64,000 nt of DNA from Malacoraja senta (lineage: Eukaryota): positions 19,036,001-19,100,000 of the forward strand of contig CM075989.1 in NCBI GenBank assembly GCA_038087875.1, read 5' to 3'. Numbering within the stretch: position 1 is the first letter of the stretch; each line of letters begins with the position of its first letter. This document shows positions 14,181-26,046 of this stretch, one piece after another. A program made the position numbers and the translations under genes. The notes beneath the pieces are model-generated. The model did no database searches. It worked only from the letters and a program-made list of their open reading frames with translations, and had not been told where the DNA came from.

Positions 14181-15133
14181 ATCAAGTCTATTCTGCCATT
14201 CAATCATGGCAGATTTATCTTTCCCCCTCAACCCCATTTTCCTGCCTTCTCCCCATAATACCCGACACCCGTACATCCCATCAACTCTTCCTCTCCAATT
14301 CTAATACTGGTCTAAAGTCCAACAACTTAGTGGCAATTTGTGTGCCAACCCTCACACCCTTGGGACAAGCAAACACAGAAGAAACCCAGTCACAGGGAGA
14401 ACAGGCAAACTCCGCACACTCAGTGCATCAAATTGAATCCAGACTACCAACACCACAAGGTAGCTGCACCATTAGCTGTGGCATCCTGTGGGGAAGGCCT
14501 TAGCAAGGTACTAGTGTATCTGGCAGATAGTATCTACCCAAAACCACAGAGCACCAGTGACACAGCTGTCCAGCTGAATGAGACACTTCTGTTCTAGCTC
14601 GATGAAACTGCTCCCTTTGCCTAAACATTACAAGCCAGGCCCCACTATCAGAGCACTCGGAGACCACAGTCCACCATCCGACAGCATCAAGTTGACTGAA
14701 GTCTCTGCTTTGGCTTTCCCAGGCTGGGACTGAACCCACCCGTGCTCACTATTGAATACTCGTGTGCTTATAGATGCATCATGAAGCAGATGCTTAGAAT
14801 GACACAGCAGCAATAGATCTCTGTGCAGCAAGTATGCAACAGTCTGAAAAACACCATTAACCACTGATAAGACAGCATATCCTTCCTGTCATTACCAAAC
14901 TGATGATTTTTTTGTAATGAACCAATGGAAAAAAATTAAATACAAGGGCTTAAACTCATTTCAATGTAAAGCCCAGTCTGGCTCAAGGACATGCACATTT
15001 TCTGATGCATGCAATCTTTTAAATTGCACAATAACTGGTCAGATGAAAATTGAAAGAATTCATAAAGATTCTATGGACAAATGATGTGGAGAATATTTTT
15101 TGATTCATGCTTGCTAGAGAGTCCAAGAATAAA

Positions 15134-15381
15134 GGGCGGCACGGTGGTAGAGTTGCAGCCTTACAGTGCCAGTCACCTGGGTTTGATCCTGACTCTGGGG
15201 CTGTCTGTGCGGAGTTTGTACGTTCTCGCTATGACCGCGTGGGTTTTCTCTGGGTGCTCCGGTTTCCTCCCACATTCCAAAGACGTGCAGGTGAAGATTA
15301 ATTGTCTTCTGTAAATTGCCCCTAACGTGTAGGATAAAACTATATGGTTGACTGCTGGTCGACGTTGATCCAGTGGATTCA
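15134..15381 (+). mobile_element. HE1 SINE
   Basis: GGGCGGCACGGTGG head and V-domain. Confidence 0.82.
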
Positions 15382-16294
15382 AAAACAGTCCAACTGAACT
15401 CTGAGCATCAGAAAATTATTTTAAATACTTACGTACGTTTACATACAGGCATGTTGAAGTAGAGATTAATTTAATGGAAGGGGATGAAACACAAGTACGT
15501 GGAGGTGATGAAGCACATCTTTTTTTACATCATAGCATTTCAAATCATTTTAGACAAAGTTAACAATTTCAAAATTCAAAAGTTGAATGGAAAACTGGTT
15601 TTACCATAAACCACAGTAAAATGCACGTCCAGAGGTAAAACATTCTATCAATCAGCATCTACCTTCACAGGCCTGGCAAATTGCACCATGAAACATAAAC
15701 TCATCATTATGGAGCTACTTTTTCCAGCTTAAAACATTTCAACAGAAAAATATTTGATCACTGTAACACTACTCAAAATTGAAATAAAATGGAAGTGGAG
15801 GAACTTAAAAAGACGTCTTAATCTGTAGCTGCTATTAGAAGAGGACCCATGTCAATGTACATGTTGTTGATATTATGGTACAACAGCATGTTTAATGATT
15901 TATCTTCATGTATCTTACATCATCTCAATTGTACCTCTAGGTTCCATACTCAATGCCTTCCTCAAAGTACGAATCACCACGACCCAAGTTTCTGCAGATC
16001 ATGATGCTTCATTGAAAAGGTTAAACCTTCCTAACTCTATTGGCTACTAGGCTGCAGCTGTAGAAGCACTTTCCAGCTGCCCAGACCTTGACAAGTCTTA
16101 AAAAAGCCACAAATTCATCTGTCTTAATACCGGTGAACCAACATCATCCCATTCTGCTTTTGCCCAATTGCTCCAGCCGTTAATTTTTCCAAACCCTCAG
16201 GTACAGAAGTATCCTAATGAATCCCAAATTTGTTTTTTTCAGCCACTGTTTGCCCCTTTCCCAAAGCACAACTTTTCACTTCAAAATTCAGGGT

Positions 16295-16694
16295 TATTAG
16301 CTGCAAGATGTTAGACCAACTTGCCCTGTTTTCTCTAGAATGCCGTAGATTGAGGGGAGGCTTAACAGAAGTATACAAAATTGTTAGAACCATGGATAAG
16401 GTACAAAGTCAGAACCAAGACTGGATGGAAATGACAAAAATTAGGCAGCATAGCTTTAAGATGAAAGAGGCAAGGTATTTTTCCTCCAGTGGTGGTTGCC
16501 TGGAAGGGGTGATGGTGGTGGTGAAGACAGATCCGAAAGTGATGTTTAAGGGGCTGTTAGATAGGCATATGCATATGGAGGGAATGGGTGGGATATGGAT
16601 CAGATGCAAGCATTAGAGATTAGTTTAACTTGGCATCAGGTTCAGCAGACATTATGGGCCAAATGGCCTGCTCCTATGCTGTGCTCTTCTATGT
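16295..16694 (+). mobile_element. Degraded CR1 3' fragment
   Basis: LFSLECRRLRGGLTEVYKI remnant plus CR1-type tail. Confidence 0.75.
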
Positions 16695-17394
16695 TGAATG
16701 TCCTCCAAATGTATGTTTTTCCTCCACAAGCACTGTAATCAATTGTTGCTTTTCCCAACGTTCCTCTAGCTTTTGCCTCAGATCGGGGTCAATGCGGCCC
16801 CAGTCAGCGTTGGCAGTATTTATATTTGGACAGTCAGCTGAAGCACAACACACAGTAAGGGTCAAATACAAGTGTTTAAATGCCAAGCTCACTCTGCCAG
16901 ACTGAATGCGCAATTAAGTTGCAGTTGGCAGCAATAGTGATACAGTGCAGAAGCAGGCCTTTTGGCCCAACTCGTCTTTGCCAACCAAGATACCCCATCT
17001 AAGCTAGTCCCTTTTGCCCACACCTGGCACATATTCCTAGATCCATGCACCTGTTGTTACTGTACATGCCTCAACTACCTACACCGACAGCTCATTTGAC
17101 ATATCCATCACTCTGTGCGAAAAAGTTGCCCCTCTGGTTCCACTTATATTTTTCCCCTTTCATTTTAAACCTATGCCCTCTGGTCTGCAGTTCCCTTATA
17201 TTGGGGAAAGACTCTGAGCATTCACCTTATCTATTCCCCTCATAATGTTATACACCTCCATAAGATCACCCCTCAGCCTCCTACACTCCAAGGAATAAAG
17301 TCCTGGCAACATCATCGTGAATCTTCTCTGCACTCTTTCCAGCTTTTGGCACCCTTCCTATTGCAGAGTGATTAAAACCAATAAGGTTTTATTG

Positions 17395-17630
17395 TGTAGG
17401 AAGGAACTGCAGATGTTGGTTTACACCGAAGATAGACACAAAATGCCAGAATAACTCAACTGTCCAGGCATCATCTCTGGATAGCAGGAATATGTGACGT
17501 TTCGGGTCGAGACCGAGACCTTCTTAAGACTGAGAGTCAGGGGAGAGGGAGACTAGAGATGTGGAAGGGTACAAAGAGCATGTCAGGTGTGAAAACGACA
17601 GATCAAAGCAGACGATGCTCAAGGAAATGT
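17395..17630 (-). mobile_element. PLE 3'-end fragment flanked by a ~75-bp direct repeat
   Basis: TGTAGGAAGGAACTGCAGATG...GACGTTTCGGGTCGAGACC; flanking repeat at 17320-17394 and 17640-17716. Confidence 0.75.
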
Positions 17631-17789
17631 TGGCTCCTAAATCTTGCCTGCACTCTTTCCAGCTTAATGGCACCCTTCCTAGAGCAGGGTGACCAAAAAC
17701 CAGTAAGGTTTTACTGATGGGCGTTAACAGGACATGTTTATGGGTGGGGGGAAGAGAAGGCCACGCCAGTGACTGCAGTCCAGGAGAAA

Positions 17790-18430
17790 GAGTGCATTGG
17801 GTAGAGAGGAGGACGGTGGCGGTGAGGGTGAGGACGCACCCGGACCCTCATCTCTACCCTCACCTCACCGCCCGCCGCCATCACCCAGCGGCGGCCGAGC
17901 TGAGGGGCGGCACAACCGGGCATCCCCTCCCTCCCTCCCTCCCTCGGCTGGGCCCACCCCAGAGCTGGATCCCCGGGCGCGGCCTGACTGACTGACTGAC
18001 TCACCGGCGCGGCTCGAGCACCTCAGCGTCGCCGCCCTCCCTCGCTCCGTCCGTCCGTCCGCCTCGCTCACTCACTCGCCCCCGCGGCACTGACTGCCAC
18101 TGCCGCAGCCTCGCTCTCCCGCCCCGCCCTGCCCGGCCCCATGGGGGGAGTGGCTAAAGATGGGGCGCGGCCTCCACAACACGTCACCTGAGCGACATCC
18201 ACTTCCGCCAATCGCCACCGTGCCCGCCCACCTCCCCCCGACCGCCAATCGGAGCGCGGTCTGACAGGGCGAGGGCCGGCCGGGGCTGGAGAGCGCGCAT
18301 GCGCTGTGCGACCGCTCGTTGCGCAAAGAGGGGGGGGGAAGCGGCTCGGCTCTGGAGCGACCTCTATGGGTGACGGCAGCTCCTGCAACAGGAGAGGCGG
18401 CGGGGAAGGGGCGAGGTCTCCGGGTCCGTC
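17790..18430 (-). promoter_or_regulatory. CpG-island promoter of a - strand gene, probably MAPK6/ERK3 by synteny
   Basis: Non-repetitive CpG island with GC boxes (~18119-18130), CRE-like ACGTCA (18181), ETS-like ACTTCCG (18201-18207), two CCAAT boxes (18208, 18245) and NRF1 GCGCATGCGC (18295-18304). The gene name is inferred from the vertebrate LEO1-MAPK6 head-to-head arrangement; no coding sequence is in the window. Confidence 0.7.
18005..18110 (-). other. Putative non-coding first exon (5' end approximate) of the - strand gene
   Basis: Strong donor CCG|GTGAGT on the - strand at 18005/18004, downstream of the promoter motif cluster. No coding exon recognised between 1 and 18004, consistent with a long first intron. 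Confidence 0.5.
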
Positions 18431-19043
18431 AACATTGCTGGAACGAGTTATTGTGTAGCAATAGCAAGCAACTGCAGATGCTGCTTTGCACCGAAGATAG
18501 ACACAAAATCCTTCTCTCCACAGATGCTTTTCCCGTGACTTTCAGTCTGAAGAAGGGTCTCGACCCGAAACCTCACCCATTCCTTCTCTCCAGAGATGCT
18601 GCCTGTCCCGCTGAGTTACTCCAGCACTTTGCGCTTTTTGTAGATTAGAAAAAAATCTAGTTTTTGCTTTGATCGTCAAATTTATTTTTCACAATTCAAA
18701 GAAATGGTCTTTAACCTAAAACATTAACTCAGTTTCTCTTCCTACTGATGCAGTCTGACGTACTAAGTATTTCAAAATTTGTTGTCATTACTTCTTATTA
18801 TTTTTCATAAACTCTTTACTTTCCCTATTTCCCTTTTGTTTGCACGTACATCTTCCAGGCTCCCTGCTACATTAAGTCCTTGGTGTTTGACATATGTCCC
18901 TTCCTGCCTTCTTCCCTCTGTGAACCATGTTACATGGCTCTAGGTACAGTATTTATTTGTAGAAATGTTTACCCTGAAGTCCTGAATCTCCTTCTGTGCT
19001 TTCCACTGCAATTTACTTTCAAGTAGTTCACCTTCCCACTTTT

Positions 19044-21283
19044 AGACAATAGACAATAGGTGCAGGAGTAGGCCATTCGGCCCTTCATGGCTGATCATCC
19101 ACAATCAGTACCCCATTCCTGCCTTCACCCCATATCCCCTGACTCCGCCATCTTTTTTTTTATTTTTTTTATTTTTATTTTTTATTTTTATTTATTAGAA
19201 GTACATTACATTACAACCACATACATTAATACTCGTCATTTGTATCTTCTTACAATTAATGTACTCCCTTTATTTATTTATTTTTACACTAAAAAAGGAA
19301 AAGATTGAAAGAGAGAAGAAAGTGAAGGAAAAAGTGAAAGTGTAGAAAAGTGTAGAAAATGTAACAACAAAAAAGGACGAAGACCCTATGAGAGCGAAAT
19401 TAAAAACAAAAGAAAAAGAGTTAAGAAATAGGCCCTAGGAAAATAAAAAGAGAAAAAGAGAGAGGAAAAAAAAAGAAAAACAAATATTTTTTTGAGCATT
19501 ACGTAAATAGGACATACCAACTCTTCAACTATCATCCCCCCCTTACCCGACCTCAATTTTTAATTTTTTTTAAAGTACTTTTGCACCCTATGTTTGTAAT
19601 AATTCTATAAATGCAGACCACGTCTGGTGGAAGTGATCTGGTTTACCTGCTAGGAGGAGTCTTATCTCTTCTAGGTGTAGTGTTTCAAACATATTTGAAA
19701 TCCACATATTTATAGTTGGTATTGGAGCCTTCTTCCAAAATTTTAGAATTAGCTTTTTTCCAGTTATTAACCCATAGTCCATTAATTTCTTTTGAAACAC
19801 ATTTAGTTCTGGATCATCTTCCGTTATTCCGAAGATAATCCATTCTGCTTTGGGTATCAGTCTTGTTTTAAATAACTTTGTAAAGATTTCAAAAATTTCA
19901 TTCCAAAATTTTTGAATTTTTGTACAGAAGACGAATGAGTGCGCTATAGTAGCTTCTTGGGATTGACATTTATCACAAATAGATGATACGTTTGGGAAAA
20001 TTTTATGAATTTTAGTTTTCAAATAATATAATCTATGTAAAATTTTAAAATTGTATTAAAGTGTGTCTTACATTAATCGAGCATTTATGCACATTTAATA
20101 AGTATTCATTCCAACTTTCCTTTGAAATTTTAATAGCTAACTCTTGTTCCCAGTCTTTTCTGATACCCTCCGTAGGTGGTATTTGTACATTAAAATAATA
20201 TTATACAAATATGATATTAAGTTTGCTGATTCCGCTTTTATCTGCATTGCCTCGTCCAATACATCTACTGGGTTATTATAATGATCTTTTGTATATTTTT
20301 TCAAATAGTCGCATATTTGAAAATATTTAAAATATTGATTATTTCCGAGTTTATATTTTATTTGTAATTGTTGAAATGAAAGTAATTTTCCAGTTTCATA
20401 CAAGTCACCAAGCGTTTTAATTCCTAGTCTATCCCATTGTGTATAAGCTTTATCTATAATAGAAGGACTAAACGAAGGGTTATTGACTATAGGTAATAAA
20501 AGTGATAAATTTCTTAATTTTAAATTTTGTTTTATTTGTTTCCAAATACGGATTGTACTATGAATAATTGGGTTCTTATTATAATTTATGTTATTCAGTT
20601 TCATTGGAGAGAGGAGGATCGCTCCAATGTTTCTAGAGGAGCAATCCTCTTTCTCCATTACAATCCAGTCTACTTGCTGGGCGGAGTTATCCATCAGTTG
20701 AATCATGTTTTTAATATTTACTGACTCCGCCATCTTTAAGAACCCTATCTAGCTCTCTCTTGAAAGTATCCAGAGAACCGGCCTCCACTGGCTTCTAAGG
20801 CAGAGAATTCCACACTCACAACTCTCTGTGAGAAAAAGTGTTTCCTCGTCCCTGTTCTAAATGGCTTACCCCTAATTCTTAAACTGTGGCCCCTGGTTCT
20901 GGACTCCCCCAACATCGGGAACATGTTTCCTGCCTCTAGCGCGTCCAAACCCTTAACAATCTTATATGTTTCAATAAGATCCTCTCTCATCCTTCTAAAC
21001 TCCAGTGTACAAGCCCAGCTGCTCCATTCTCTCAGCATATAACAGTCCCGCCATCCTGGGAATTAACCTTGTAAACCTACGCTGCACTCCCTCAATAGCA
21101 AGAATGTCCTCCCTCAAATTAGGGGACCAAAACTGCACACAATACTCCAGGTGTGGTCTCACTAGGGCCCTGTACAACTGCAGATGGACCTTTTTGCTCC
21201 TTTACTCGACTCCTCTTGTTATAAAGGCCAACATGCCATTCGCTTTCTTCGCTGCCTGCTGTACCCGCATGCTTACTTTTAGT
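19044..21283 (-). mobile_element. CR1-clade LINE 3' fragment interrupted by the L1 insertion
   Basis: YRALVRPHLEYCVQFWSP...LEFRRMREDLIETYKI...SRTRGHSLRI...FFSQRVV, the CR1 ORF2 C-terminus. Tail AGACAATAGACAATAG at 19045. Confidence 0.92.
19156..20720 (-). mobile_element. 5'-truncated L1-clade LINE (ORF2 C-terminus, frameshifted) with poly(A) tail
   Basis: ORFs 20137..20733 and 19588..20022, the latter with the CDKC...HSFVFC zinc knuckle typical of L1 ORF2. T-run on + is the poly(A) tail. Perfect 17-bp TSD CTGACTCCGCCATCTTT at 19139-19155 and 20721-20737. Confidence 0.9.
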
Positions 21284-21738
21284 TTGTAAAGTTGGCCTTG
21301 CCGTGGCTCCTATGTCTTGTGTTCTTTTCCATTACTGTGCTAAGTCTAACTGAATAATGATCATAAATGCAGCCATGCACCCCCACTGGTACCTCTTCCA
21401 CCTGCCTAGTTTCATTACCTAAACCAAATCCAGAATTGACCCCAAACCCACCTTATTGGACATACTGTATGCTACTGAAAAATATTCGCCACAATGCAGT
21501 TTAAAATTCTGCGCCCTCTACACCCTCTATGCTGACTGCATTTTAAAATAATTGAAATATCCCACTATTACTGCCATAATGATTTTGCAGCTGTCAGAAA
21601 TTTGCTTCCAAATTTGTTCTTCCATCTACTTTGGACTACGTGGAGTATTGTACAAAACTCCTAACTGTACGATCCATCACCCTCTTTTTGTTCTTTAGTT
21701 CAATCCTTATAGGAGTATTGAAAGTCCAGTGCTACTGC

Positions 21739-21980
21739 TTTAGTTTTAGAGATACAGTATGGAAACAGGCCCTTCAGCCCACCCAGTCCATACTGACCAT
21801 TGATCACCCTTTCACACTAGTTCCTATGTCATCCACTTTCTCATTCACTCCCTACACACTAGGGACAAATTTGTGGAGGGTCAATTAACCTACAAACCCA
21901 CACATCTTTGACATATGGAAGGAAACAGGAGCAGGTCTCTGTCGCTGTAAGACAGGAGCTCTACCAGTTGTGCCACTATA
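21739..21980 (-). mobile_element. HE1 SINE with internal deletion
   Basis: Tail and head present; central part missing. Confidence 0.75.
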
Positions 21981-22639
21981 CTGCAGCTCTTTAGGCTATG
22001 TGGCAGGGAGATGGGAATCCGAGCAAAGCTGCAGCAGAGACAAATGCAGAACCAGAAATGGAGGAAAGTAAATCGATGAGAGATTTTGAGACACACAGCT
22101 GTGTTATCATTTCAATACTTTAATTCAGTGAACAAAGTACTTACATGTAACAACGTAAAAGTAATTGATTAACAGGAAGGCTAGTATGGCTATTTTCTAC
22201 AGAATAAAACCACTTCAATTTGTCAGGGGCAATGGGGAGAAGGCAGGAGAATGGGGTCAGGAGGGATAGATCAACCATGATTGAATGACAGAGTAGACTT
22301 GATGGGCCAAATGGGCTAATTCTGCTCCTATCACTTATGACCTTATGGGAGGTTTTCTTCTTCCTTTTGAGTCATTGAAATGAATCATTCTGTCCTCCTT
22401 GACAATGTATGAACATACGGTACTTACCTAGGACTGTCATACACATCTCACAAACCTCCCAAAGTCTTTCAGATCTTTTTTTGTGTGAGCGTTCACCATC
22501 CTTATGGAAACAAATGTTGAAGCACAATGGCAACATGAATGAACAGTTCACTGGTTTCTTGATGGTGTTGATTGAGAAAAGGATGTTGGTCATGGAATGG
22601 AGAAATTTAGTTTAGTTTAGAGATAATCAGCATGTCTTC

Positions 22640-23240
22640 AATGACTCTTACCATTTTCTACAGGTATACCTCAGAGAGGGTCATATCAGGTTGGTTGCAT
22701 CACAGCTTGGTTTTGGAACAGCTCCATCCAAGACCACAAGAAATTGCATAGTTGTGGATGTAGCCCAGCCCCATCACACAGACCCCACCACTGATTCCAA
22801 CTACACTTCACGGTGCCTCGGGAAAGCAGCCAACATAATCAAGGACCACTCGCATCCCGGTCAGTCCCTCTTCTCCTTGCTCCCCTTGGGCAGAAGATAC
22901 GGAAGCTTGAAAGCGCACAGCACCAGATTTAGGAGCAGCCTCTTCCCTGCTGTTATCAGACTATTAAATGAATCTTTTGTAAGCTCAGGATATATTCCCC
23001 ATCTGCCAATCTACCTTGTTGTACCCTTGCACTTTTTTTTATCTGCACTTTCTCTGTTGCTGCAACACTATATTCTCCACTCTCTTTTCTCTTTTGGCAA
23101 TACCTGTTGTACGGTTTGGTTGTACTCATGTACTCCCTTGGTATGATTTGCCTGGATTTGCCTGGATAGCGTGCAAAACAATGTTTTTCACAGTATCTCA
23201 GTGCATGTAGCAATAATAAGCCAACGCCAATATCAAATAA
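22640..23240 (+). mobile_element. Rex1/Babar-like LINE 3' fragment
   Basis: IIKDHSHPGQSLFSLLPLGRRY...TRFRSSLFPAVIRLLN C-terminal motif. Confidence 0.8.
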
Positions 23241-23534
23241 CCATTTCATTGAAGAGCAATAAAGCTAGATGTTGGAAAACCAAAATTTAAATAAATGCAA
23301 AGGATGCTCAGCAGTCAGGCATGAAGAGACAACTATAAAGAGACAGAGTAAACCTTTTGGGTGAATGACCTTTTGTAGAACTGGAAAAGTGAGAGTACGA
23401 CACATTTTAGTTGCAAAGAAGGGGAAGAATGGAAACAGGGCAGAGACCAAAGCTTCCAAGGTCACACAGCTGTTTCCTCTGCAGACAAGGAGCCCTTCTT
23501 TCTAGAGCACATATATAGAGGTCAATGCTAAAAG

Positions 23535-23715
23535 GAAGGAGGGAGGGGGAGAGAGGAGAGAGAGAGAGAAAAAGAGAGTGAGAGAGGGAAAGAGGGATAG
23601 AGAGAGGGAGCGAGAGGGATGGAGAGAGGGAGGGAGTGGGAGAGAGAGAGACAAAGAGAGAGGGGGGGTCAGAGAGAGATGGAGAGAGATCAATGGATAG
23701 AGAGAGAGAGAGAGC
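23535..23715. repeat. Imperfect (GA)n purine-rich tract
   Basis: About 180 nt of almost only G and A. Confidence 0.95.
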
Positions 23716-23805
23716 GAAACAAAAAGACACGCTGATGCAGAACACAGCAGTTGCTAGAAATCGGAAATAAAAGAGGATGCTGGAAATATTTACTAGATCA
23801 ACTAT

Positions 23806-24170
23806 GGGGTTGGACAGGCTAGATGCAGGAAGATTGTTCCCGATGTTGGGGAAGTCCAGGACAAGGGGTCACAGCTTAAGGATAAGGGGGAAATCCTTTA
23901 AGACCGAGATGAGGAAAAACTTTTTCACACAGAGAGTGGTGAATCTCTGGAACTCTCTGCCACAGAGGGTAGTTGAGGCCAGTTCATTGGCTATATTTAA
24001 GAGGGAGTTAGATGTGGCCCTTGTGGCTAAGGGGATCAGGGTGTATGGAGAGAAGGCAGGTACGGGATACTGAGTTGGATGATCAGCCATGATCATATTG
24101 AATGGCGGTGCAGGCTCGAAGGGCCGAATGGCCTACTCCTGCACCTATTTTCTATGTATCTATGTATCTA
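23806..24170 (+). mobile_element. Young CR1 3' fragment
   Basis: GLDRLDAGRLFP...SRTRGHSLRI...FFTQRVVNLWNSLP, with CTATGT tandem tail. Confidence 0.9.
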
Positions 24171-24829
24171 TAAATAGTATCCTGAATCCGAATTCAGTTC
24201 CAGTCCTCTCCACTGTCAAAGGGATCTATAGGAAGTGCTATCCCAAAAATGGAGCTGGTAACATCAAAGATTCACACCACCTTGGCCACACTCTCATCTC
24301 ACGACTACCACGGTACATGAGCCTGAAAGCCGTGACCGACAGGTTCAAGCACAGCTTCTTCCCCGCAACCATCAGGCTCTTGAACATTGAAACTATGATC
24401 TTAGACAGACTTTATTTTGGTTGGACCACAAACTTCAGTTTTGCATTGTTACGGTTCAGTTACCCCGAGCCTGTTAAGCTGCAGCATGTAAGAATTTTAT
24501 TATTCTGTTGCCAGTACGTATGACAACGGAAACCATTTTGACTTGGATTTATATTCTGTTTTTTCAGATCTTATTTTACACTATTGATTGAAGTACAGTT
24601 TATCTCAGCAGACTGATATGTAGTTAAATGCAGGAAGTCCTCTTTACCAGGAGTATGTTTCATACTAAATGTTCTCAAGTCTCTCTATAACACCCTCTAA
24701 GTGTCAGTGTTTGTCAAATCTTTCAATGCCTTTACTTACATGTTATTATGTATTTACGTAAGCTATATCTGACTGTATCAGATGGATTCTAATTTTTTTC
24801 CATTTTGTCTGAGCTATCAGTCATTTTTT

Positions 24830-25152
24830 ATTTAGTTTAATTTAGAGATACAGCATGGAACCAGATCCTTTGGCTTACCTAATCCATGCTGATTATCGAT
24901 CACCCATTTACACTAGTTCTCTGTTATCCCACTTTCTCATCCACTCCCTACACACGGGGGACAATTTTACAAAGGCATATTAATCTACAAACCTGCCTTT
25001 GAGATGTGGGAGGAATCCAGAGCACTCAGAGGAAACCCACTCGGTCTCGGGGAGAACATGCAAACTCCACACCTACAGTACCCGAGGTCAGAGCAAACGT
25101 GGGTCCCCGGCGCTGTGAGGCAGCAGCTCTACCAGCTGTGCCACCATGCTGC
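24830..25152 (-). mobile_element. HE1 SINE
   Basis: Full-length diverged copy. Confidence 0.82.
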
Positions 25153-25754
25153 TCTTAAGACATCGAGCTATGTAGGAGAAAAACCTCCAATCTTCTTTAC
25201 ATTTCCGCCTGACTCTCTGTCTAACTCTCCTCCTGCTTGCCTCGTTAAGTATTGCTCATTTTTTCCCATCTACTGTCTGCATATTTTACCCTTCATGAGG
25301 AAAGGTTTCCATGAAAGCAGCAGTATCTACCTCTGGAGGAACAGACTTTGATTAATATTTATTCCTGATTTAATAATTCAGTACTTGTCTTGCTTTTGTC
25401 GATTTCTCCCCTCACCCACAGTCCCTGGTGTGTGCCTTATTTATATTCGCCGTTTTATCTGCATTTTAAACTCTCTTGTGTAAAGTTCTGTGGTCTATTG
25501 GCTCATATTACATTTCCTGAGCGTCACTCCAATGTCTTTGTTTTAAAATCCTAAACTTGGCAGTACTTCATGTTGAGAGTTCATGCTGTAAATGCCACTC
25601 CTGTTTTCAGGATGTTGATCCTTCATTGTAACTCGTCAACAGCCAAGAAAGCTGTTGTCTAGCAACTGCCCTGCATTTAATCAAAAATGAACAACAACAA
25701 AACTACTGCCAGTCCATTTATGATTTCAAAAACAAACCGGTGAATAGTATGGAA

Positions 25755-26046
25755 CAGTGGCACCACTGATAAGGCTGTTGCCTTCACAGCACCAGAGACC
25801 CGCGTTTCGATCCTGATCCCAGGTGCTGTCTGTGTGGAGTTTGCGCGTTCTCCCTATGACCACGTGGGGCTACTCTGGGTGTGCCAGTTTCTTCCCCAAG
25901 TCCCAAAGACGTGCGGGTTTGTAGGCTAACTGGCCTCTAAGTGGATGAGAAAGTGGGATAACATAGAACTAGTGTGAACGGGGTGATCGATGGTCGGTGT
26001 GGACTCGAAGGACCTATTTCCATGCTGTATCTTTAAACTCAACTAA
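25755..26046 (+). mobile_element. HE1 SINE
   Basis: Head, V-domain and tail. Confidence 0.82.

Noticed and set aside
15424..15440. Possible - strand donor (GTAAGTA) for a cryptic exon in unique AT-rich sequence
   Set aside because: A lone motif with no convincing acceptor or coding signal; expected by chance.
17717..18648. Several overlapping GC-rich ORFs
   Set aside because: A by-product of CpG-island composition; no recognisable protein similarity.
23407..23745. Ser/Leu/Pro-rich ORFs
   Set aside because: Translation of the (CT)n strand of the GA tract.
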